A stretch of 21,806 bases of DNA from positions 49,134 through 70,939 of the forward strand of contig CAZSKP010000020.1 in NCBI GenBank assembly GCA_964607485.1, read 5' to 3'. The notes under the pieces were generated by a model. That model did not search any database. It worked only from the letters and a program-made list of their open reading frames with translations, and was not told where the DNA came from. Origin of the DNA: an uncultured bacterium (GTDB taxonomy: Bacteria > Abyssobacteria > SURF-5). Below are positions 1-6,119 of the stretch, one piece after another (the first letter of the stretch is position 1; every line of letters starts with the position of its first letter). Position numbers and translations under genes: made by a program.

Positions 1-77
1 AAGTAAGACATCTATGGATATCAAACAACTCGCGGCGGCCATTTCGCCAAGATTTATCATCTTGAGAGGGATACTGT

Positions 78-827
78 ATGACAAATTCCGAGTCAAGACA
101 AGAACCAGTCGGCAGAGAAAGTGACCCGTTTGAAACCACACAATGGAGCCTTGTGATCGCGGCCGGTAAGGATTCTTCGCCCGCGGCCCGTCACGCACTG
201 GCTATCCTCTGCCAGAAATACTGGGGGCCACTCTACGCCTTTGTCCGTCGCAAGAACTATAGCGTTCAGGACGCACAGGACATCACTCAGGGTTTCTTTA
301 CGCAATTTCTCGAGCGCGGCGCCATCCGTGATATTTGCCGGGAGCGGGGCAAGTTCCGGGCATACCTGCTCTCTGCCCTCAAACATTATATGACTGATGA
401 ATGGCGTCGGGGGCAGGCCCAGAAGCGGGGCGGCGGCGATGTTCCGCTCTCACTGGACTTCGATTCCGCCGAAAGAAGCTATGGCCTGCAGCTGGCAGAT
501 GAAAAAACCCCCGAGATTATCTATGAAGAGCGGTGGGCAATGACACTCCTCAACACCGTTTTGAACAACCTCGAGCAAGAATACTACGCCTCCGGGAAAG
601 CCGATCTCTTCAGCACCCTGAAATCCCACCTCACGGGAGAGGATACCGGAGCGACGTATGCTCAACTGGCCGGAGCGCTGGATATGACCGAGGGAGCCGT
701 CAAGGTCGCCATCCACCGTCTCCGTAAGCGTTTCGGCATTCTCCTAAGGGCGGAAATCGCGCAGACTGTCGCCGACGCTGACGACGTTGAAGACGAGATT
801 CATCACCTGTTCTCCCTGTTTCAATAA
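78..827 (+). CDS. ECF-type RNA polymerase sigma factor (sigma70 group 4), of the type encoded next to Ser/Thr kinases
   Basis: 249-aa ORF. N-terminal FETTQWSLV motif, sigma2 region (LCQKYWGPLYAFVRR...DAQDITQGFF...GKFRAYL), AQKRGG linker, sigma4 HTH (TYAQLAGALDMTEGAVKVAIHRLRKR). SD-like GAGAGGG at 64-70. Confidence 0.93.
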   Translation: MTNSESRQEPVGRESDPFETTQWSLVIAAGKDSSPAARHALAILCQKYWGPLYAFVRRKNYSVQDAQDITQGFFTQFLERGAIRDICRERGKFRAYLLSALKHYMTDEWRRGQAQKRGGGDVPLSLDFDSAERSYGLQLADEKTPEIIYEERWAMTLLNTVLNNLEQEYYASGKADLFSTLKSHLTGEDTGATYAQLAGALDMTEGAVKVAIHRLRKRFGILLRAEIAQTVADADDVEDEIHHLFSLFQ

Positions 828-844
828 ATGAGATGTTTTTCCCC

Positions 845-870
845 GTAACCTTTCGGGACTCTTTGCGTAG
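845..870 (+). promoter_or_regulatory. Putative ECF-dependent promoter (-35 GTAAC, -10 CGTAG) upstream of the kinase gene
   Basis: AAC at 847-849 and CGT at 866-868 are separated by 16 nt, matching the general ECF consensus AAC-N16/17-CGT. It lies in the short gap between the ECF stop and the kinase start. Confidence 0.6.
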
Positions 871-910
871 AGAGTAAGTGGAGAGAGGAGCCGGAAAGGA
901 GAGACTAACA

Positions 911-3900
911 ATGAGCACTGCAGGCAAATGTTCAGAATGCGGCGCCGAACTACCTGCAGATCATGGACTTAGAGGTCTGTGCCCGCGCTGCTTGCTCGTG
1001 CTGGGCTTGGGGGTTGACGACACGGCCGACCCGAAAACCATTGGCGCCTACGAGATTGAGCGTCTGCTCGGTCGCGGCGGCATGGGCGTCGTCTACAAGG
1101 CGCGCCAGGTGTCCCTCAACCGCATCGTCGCCCTCAAAATCCTCAACCCAACACTGAGCAGCGATCCCGCTTTTGTCAAGCGATTCCATCGCGAAGCACA
1201 GGCGGTGGCCCGTCTGAACCATCAGAACATCGTCCACATTTACGATATCGGCGAAGAGAACGGGATGCACTTCTTCAGCATGGAATATGTGAAGGGCCGG
1301 CTGCTTAGTGAGATCCTGGACAAGGAGGGATTCCTGAGAGTGGGCCAGGCGGTGGACATCATCTTTCAGGTAGCGAGAGCGCTGAGATACGCCCACTCGA
1401 AGAACATCATACATCGCGATGTCAAGCCGTCCAACATCATCGTCGACCGGCTGAGCAGGGTGAAGGTCATGGACTTCGGGCTGGCGAAGCTCGGCGGCAA
1501 CACGCGGCTCACCAGGACCGACACTGTGCTGGGAACGGTGAAATACATGTCACCCGAGCAGGCGCGCGGAGAGACGGTCGACCATCGGACGGACATCTGG
1601 TCGATGGGGATCGTGCTCTATGAGATGCTCGCGGGCATGACTCCGTTCAAGGCGACGAACGAGGCGGCGCTGATACACAAAATTATCTACGAACCTGTCC
1701 CGGACCTGAATGACCTCAGTCCGGAGACGCCACCGCAACTGCGGGCGATTGTGGCCAAGACGATGGCAAAAGATAAGAATGAACGCTACCAGAGCGTTTC
1801 CGACTTCCTGAAGGACCTGCAGACTCTCAAGGCTCCTCGACCAACAAAAGGCGACACGCTTTTTGAAAAAGCCGGGGGGTATCTCGAGAAACTCATCGCC
1901 TTTTCGCGCAAGAAGGATGTTCGCCGCAAAGTGCTGGTGCCGCTAGCGCTCGCAGCAGTCATTTTTGTGGGATATCTTGCATATTCCAAGTGGTCGGAGC
2001 AAAGAGGCCCAGCCCCCGAGGATATGGTCCTGATTCCCGCCGGCGAATTCATGATGGGAGCTTCTCCGGGCATGGTCCATCAGCATGAGACCCCACAACA
2101 CCGCGTGTTTCTCGATGCTTTCTATATCGACAAATTTCCCGTCACCAATATGCAGTTTCAGAAGTTCGTGGATTCAACGGGCTATGTAACGGATGCAGAG
2201 AAACGGGGATGGTCAAATGCTCCAGAGGAAAAGCGGGCCGACCAGATTAAAGCGAATGGCGCAAACTGGCGCCATCCGCGAGGGCCCGAAAGTGACATAA
2301 AGGACATAATGAACCACCCGGTTGTTCATGTTAGCTGGAATGATGCTCATGCGTACGCCAAGTGGGCCAATAAACGCTTGCCAACTGAGGCGGAATGGGA
2401 GAAGGCGGCAAGGGGCACCGATGGGAGGAAGTACCCCTGGGGCGACGGTGAGCCTGATGGAACCCGGTGCAACTATGCAGACAGGAACACAGCTTTCGGT
2501 TGGAGAGACAGTAGCGTAGATGATGGATATGAATACACCTCTCCAGTCGGACGATACGAGAATGGCAAAAGTCCATATGGTATATACGATATGGCGGGCA
2601 ACGTGTGGGAATGGTGCTCTGACTGGTACGATAAGGATTACTTCAGCAAAAGCCCTAAAGATAACCCGAAGGGTCCTGCGAACGGCCAGCATCGCGTGAT
2701 CCGGGGAGGCGGGTCGTGGCACGACGGCGCCGATTATATGCGATCAACAAACCGTGGTCCACGCCAACCAGCATTCGTGAGTTCCGACCAAGGCTTTCGG
2801 TGCGCCAAGGGTGTGCCGGGAGCGAAAGTGACCGAGGTTGCGGCTAACTTTGACGACGGATTGCCCGCCGGATGGGCTCTCTATGGGACAGCCGCCGTCG
2901 AAAACGGACAGATAGTCTTGACTCCCAATCTACACAACCAGGCTGGAAGTATATTCTATAATACTCCCGTTCCTCATTGTTCACATTTCGAGGTTTCATT
3001 CGATTTCGAGATTGTAGGATTTGCCGATGGATTTGCGTTCGCATGGGTCCCAGGACCTGAGTTCATCGGCGGGGACGGAGCAGATCTTGGCTATGAAACA
3101 TTGCAGGGGTATGCCGTGGAGTTTGATGTGTATTGTGACCGAAACTACGACCCACCCCGTTCTCATATTGCGTTGATCAAGGATGATGTTCGCCGGCATC
3201 TGGCGTCTTCAATGGACTTCCCCACTCTGAACAATTCAGGCAAGTTCTCCTGTAATATCGTTTTTCTGAATTCAACAATACGCGTATACTTGTCAAATCC
3301 GCAGGCAGGACTGGCGGAAAAGAAATTGGTGCTCGAACACACGATTTCCGACTACGAACCATTTACGGCATATCTTGGTCTCACGGGGGCGACGGGCGGA
3401 GTATCCGCGAGGCACGTAATAGACAACGTGAGAATGTCTGCCCCATTCCAAGCGACTCGAAAGCGGCTGAAAGGGGAAAAGAAAAGTGGCGAACGAAAGA
3501 TGACTTCCCAAAAAACCGAAACCATGGACACGCATGCACACCCCCAGTTAGCCCGGGCCAAGAGATTGGCAGAGGAGGAAAAGTGGGATGAAGCCTTGAC
3601 CGCCTATACCCAGTTGGCCGACCAGCATCCGGAAAACATTGAGCTGCAAAAAGCAGTGGTATTATTTCTGCATAACGAATATCGAATCGGCAAGAAACTT
3701 GAATGGGCGTCAGCTCCGTTTCGCTCATTTTCCAAAACAATGAGGCGATATGCTGAGAGAGTCATTAAGCTGGATCCCTCCCAGCGCGATATGTATTATT
3801 TTGGCCTTCGCGGATATGAATATGCTGGCCTGCCCATTTCCGAAACAGTCAAAAGGCAATTGGAAAACAACTATGCACGGACTCGTCAAAGATTCCCCGA

Positions 3901-5125
3901 TTGGCAGGGAGTTTTCGGGATGTACACCGAGGCCTTTTCAAATCTTGGTCTTTACGACCTTGCCCTTGGGGTTACCGACGATTGGGAAAATCAGTCGGGA
4001 GAAAGCGCCGGTGTCCTGGTCAACAGGTCGAGAGCGCTTGACGGCCTCGGCAGGCATGAGGAAGCCTATCAATTGGCCCTAAGTGCTTTCAACAAATTCC
4101 CGGATGATGCCTGGTTGGCCGCGCATCTGGCCGATATGCAGTTAGCCCGCGGAAATAAATCACGGGCAATAGAACTCTATAAGAAAGCCGATGAAATCTC
4201 TCCGAACGACCATTTCAAGCAAAAAATTCGGGAGATTAGCCGGCAACAAACAGGCACCTCACCCCCGGAAAAGACTGCGTTATCAAATGAAGACCATGCC
4301 GCCCCCGGCGCAGACGATGACATCGCATTCTGGACACAACCTTCAAAGGAACTATTGGAGAAACTAGAAGAGCCTGTGAGTTTTGAATTCGCGAATGAGC
4401 AAGCAGGAGATGTGATAAGGTTTCTCAGTTCAATAAAGCAGATCACCATTGAGGCAGAACCAAGACTGAAGAGAAGGCGGGTTACGATTCGAGTGGACCA
4501 GAAACGACTCGGTGAGGCGATTGAATTAATAGCGCGCATGCTCCACAGCAAAATTCAGTTAAGATCGCACTTTATATACATAGGGGAGGCCCTCTATCAT
4601 CCGGATATCTCAACCTTTTCACCCGGATTAAGGGCTGAGTTAAGGCAACCTTGCACTTTTGACTTCGAGGAGCAAGAACTCTCAAAGATACTTCTTCTAT
4701 TGAGCAGCATAACACACGGCATCGATTTCTCCACTAGTGAAGAAATCGGCCGAAGGAAAACCAGTGTGACAGCCGTTAAATTATCAGCTTTTGAGTCTCT
4801 GCAAATATTGTGCAGTCAGCATGACCTGACGTTAGAGCAAGACGGAGAAAATTCCTTGATACTCCAAGGTGGAACAAATTCCATTAAAGCCCCAAGAAAA
4901 TTGACTGAATCCCAAGCTGAAGAATGGCCTGAGATCAAGGTTGTATCCGTATTCGACCCGAAACAATCCGGCAACTACGTATGTATTATTGAAATGAATG
5001 GACGGAGAAGATTCGTCAAGGAAGGCGACGAATTTTCTGATTTGCGAGTCCTGCGAATTGATGGAACAGAGAATTGCATTACCGCATCGCATCCCTCTTT
5101 GGGAGAGAGGACGTTTTGTGAGTAG
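911..5125 (+). CDS. Multidomain transmembrane Ser/Thr protein kinase: Zn-ribbon, Hanks kinase, TM, FGE-sulfatase (SUMF1-like), L-type lectin, TPR, 2x STN/secretin-N0-like, PilP/GspC-like beta domain
   Basis: ATG 911 follows AAGGAG (the ORF track starts at GTG 878). CSEC..CPRC 929-991. Kinase motifs LGRGGMGVVY, VALK, HRDVKPSN, DFG, GTVKYMSPE, DIWSMG. TM VLVPLALAAVIFVGYLAY ~1931-1984. FGE motifs IPAGEFMMG, PVVHVSWNDA, RLPTEAEWEKAARG, DMAGNVWEW, GFRC ~2015-2809. Lectin motifs LTP..QAGSIFY, ADGFAF, AVEFD, GLTGATGG ~2846-3430. TPR-like helices ~3540-4240. STN-like repeats ~4364-4585 and ~4640-4866. C-terminal RFVKEGDEFSDLRVLRID. Confidence 0.92.
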   Translation: MSTAGKCSECGAELPADHGLRGLCPRCLLVLGLGVDDTADPKTIGAYEIERLLGRGGMGVVYKARQVSLNRIVALKILNPTLSSDPAFVKRFHREAQAVARLNHQNIVHIYDIGEENGMHFFSMEYVKGRLLSEILDKEGFLRVGQAVDIIFQVARALRYAHSKNIIHRDVKPSNIIVDRLSRVKVMDFGLAKLGGNTRLTRTDTVLGTVKYMSPEQARGETVDHRTDIWSMGIVLYEMLAGMTPFKATNEAALIHKIIYEPVPDLNDLSPETPPQLRAIVAKTMAKDKNERYQSVSDFLKDLQTLKAPRPTKGDTLFEKAGGYLEKLIAFSRKKDVRRKVLVPLALAAVIFVGYLAYSKWSEQRGPAPEDMVLIPAGEFMMGASPGMVHQHETPQHRVFLDAFYIDKFPVTNMQFQKFVDSTGYVTDAEKRGWSNAPEEKRADQIKANGANWRHPRGPESDIKDIMNHPVVHVSWNDAHAYAKWANKRLPTEAEWEKAARGTDGRKYPWGDGEPDGTRCNYADRNTAFGWRDSSVDDGYEYTSPVGRYENGKSPYGIYDMAGNVWEWCSDWYDKDYFSKSPKDNPKGPANGQHRVIRGGGSWHDGADYMRSTNRGPRQPAFVSSDQGFRCAKGVPGAKVTEVAANFDDGLPAGWALYGTAAVENGQIVLTPNLHNQAGSIFYNTPVPHCSHFEVSFDFEIVGFADGFAFAWVPGPEFIGGDGADLGYETLQGYAVEFDVYCDRNYDPPRSHIALIKDDVRRHLASSMDFPTLNNSGKFSCNIVFLNSTIRVYLSNPQAGLAEKKLVLEHTISDYEPFTAYLGLTGATGGVSARHVIDNVRMSAPFQATRKRLKGEKKSGERKMTSQKTETMDTHAHPQLARAKRLAEEEKWDEALTAYTQLADQHPENIELQKAVVLFLHNEYRIGKKLEWASAPFRSFSKTMRRYAERVIKLDPSQRDMYYFGLRGYEYAGLPISETVKRQLENNYARTRQRFPDWQGVFGMYTEAFSNLGLYDLALGVTDDWENQSGESAGVLVNRSRALDGLGRHEEAYQLALSAFNKFPDDAWLAAHLADMQLARGNKSRAIELYKKADEISPNDHFKQKIREISRQQTGTSPPEKTALSNEDHAAPGADDDIAFWTQPSKELLEKLEEPVSFEFANEQAGDVIRFLSSIKQITIEAEPRLKRRRVTIRVDQKRLGEAIELIARMLHSKIQLRSHFIYIGEALYHPDISTFSPGLRAELRQPCTFDFEEQELSKILLLLSSITHGIDFSTSEEIGRRKTSVTAVKLSAFESLQILCSQHDLTLEQDGENSLILQGGTNSIKAPRKLTESQAEEWPEIKVVSVFDPKQSGNYVCIIEMNGRRRFVKEGDEFSDLRVLRIDGTENCITASHPSLGERTFCE

Positions 5126-5563
5126 GGTAGACTGAGACTGACCACCCAAAACGAGTTCGCATGGACAAATAATCTCAGGTTAAACGGCCGCGGATAGTTG
5201 TCAATGGTTTCACTTTTCCACTCCCTCTGAAAGTGTAATTATCACCCATCCTATCGTTCAAATATCGCCCTTGGCGAGTGCATAATACGTTTTCAAATCT
5301 GCATTCTTAAATCGCTTGCTTTTATGCTGTTCCAAGTCCTCAGCCGCCGAGGACTATCTTTTGACCGGAGCGAACACACGAGACACAGAAAAGGACTTCA
5401 CGCACAAGGAAGATTGTGCTGGTTTTTTGTGCCGGTTTGCAGTCAGCTCTGTGCTTTTCATGTCATCCAGTGGCAAAACCAAGCCCTTTTTGGAGCATCA
5501 CATCTTCATGTCCAGTCTACTGTTGGCAGGGATTGTCTTTCAATGGCCGTATCTTTAGGATAG

Positions 5564-5607
5564 CACTCGTAATGAGGGGGTCAGGGGTTCGAGTCCCCTC
5601 TCCAGCT
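5564..5607 (+). pseudogene. 3' half of tRNA-Thr(CGT); probable attachment (att) site scar of an integrative element
   Basis: Anticodon loop CTCGTAA 5566-5572, 3' anticodon strand TGAGG, variable GGGTC, perfect T-arm AGGGG-TTCGAGT-CCCCT 5583-5599, acceptor 3' strand CTCCAGC 5600-5606 plus discriminator T. No GCTGGAG 5' acceptor strand or D-arm upstream. The anticodon stem pairs for only 2 bp. Confidence 0.85.
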
Positions 5608-5614
5608 CTTTGCT

Positions 5615-5648
5615 ATCGGGGCACTCTTATGAGTGCCCTGATCTTTTT
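5615..5648 (+). terminator. Intrinsic (rho-independent) terminator downstream of the tRNA fragment
   Basis: 12-bp stem ATCGGGGCACTC / GAGTGCCCTGAT (one G-U), TTAT loop, followed by CTTTTT. Confidence 0.85.
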
Positions 5649-5667
5649 GTGGGGCAAATGGTGGCAA
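5649..5667 (+). repeat. Tandem G(G/T)GGCAA direct repeat, possible integrase arm-type sites
   Basis: GTGGGGCAAA TGGTGGCAA directly after the terminator. Related motifs are GTGGCAAA at 5470-5477 and TGGTGGCAAA at 17632-17641. Confidence 0.35.
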
Positions 5668-5984
5668 GTTGTGCTGGTTCTCAATGGCTGATACGACCAT
5701 ACTACCCCACCCAGTTCTCTCTGTAAACTTGGTGCTGAAGGACTGCCAAACTTGTCCAGATATTCGATGTCACAGAAGAGAACGACTTCCATTTTTTCGG
5801 CATGAAGGTAGCAGGACTCCCGACGGAACCCATAGAGAGACGTCTGACCATTGTGGAAGCAGTGAGAATTACCGCTCCAACCGGGGTGGGGAATAGAGCG
5901 ACAGAGTATCTTTCTTCGTCGAATGTGGCCGGTTCATTCTGCGTTCCAAATCTCCTGGTAAAGCGCGAGTTTCTAGAAAAATCC

Positions 5985-6013
5985 TTGTATTTAAAGCAAT
6001 TGCATGATATAAT
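5985..6013 (+). promoter_or_regulatory. Sigma70 promoter with extended -10 for the five-gene signalling cluster
   Basis: TTGTAT (5985-5990), 17-nt spacer, TG at 6005-6006, TATAAT (6008-6013), in an AT-rich context. Confidence 0.8.
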
Positions 6014-6119
6014 TTTTTCCTCATTGATACGACCCGGCCCATTGTCGATAGGCCTTAGCGTGCCAGATTGATGATATCCTCCCTTCAGAAAGAGGAGGTC
6101 GGGAGAGGCTTTGGGGATT

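Noticed and set aside
2690-2810. FGE-sulfatase C-terminus as a diversity-generating retroelement variable repeat
   Set aside because: No reverse transcriptase and no adenine-variant template repeat of this segment were seen in the window, and the domain is internal to the protein.
5530-5610. Complete functional tRNA-Thr gene
   Set aside because: The 5' acceptor strand (GCTGGAG) and D-arm are absent, the anticodon stem is unpaired beyond 2 bp, and no CCA is encoded.
5316-6071. Short ORFs (75-91 aa) in the intergenic/att region, including a possible integrase remnant
   Set aside because: No recognisable motifs or good RBS; they overlap the tRNA fragment, terminator or promoter; no tyrosine-recombinase catalytic motifs are visible.
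5126-6110. CRP-type cNMP-responsive site (TGTGA-N6-TCACA) near the cluster promoter
   Set aside because: Only half-sites or wrongly spaced matches were seen (e.g. near 5233-5245 and 5770-5774).
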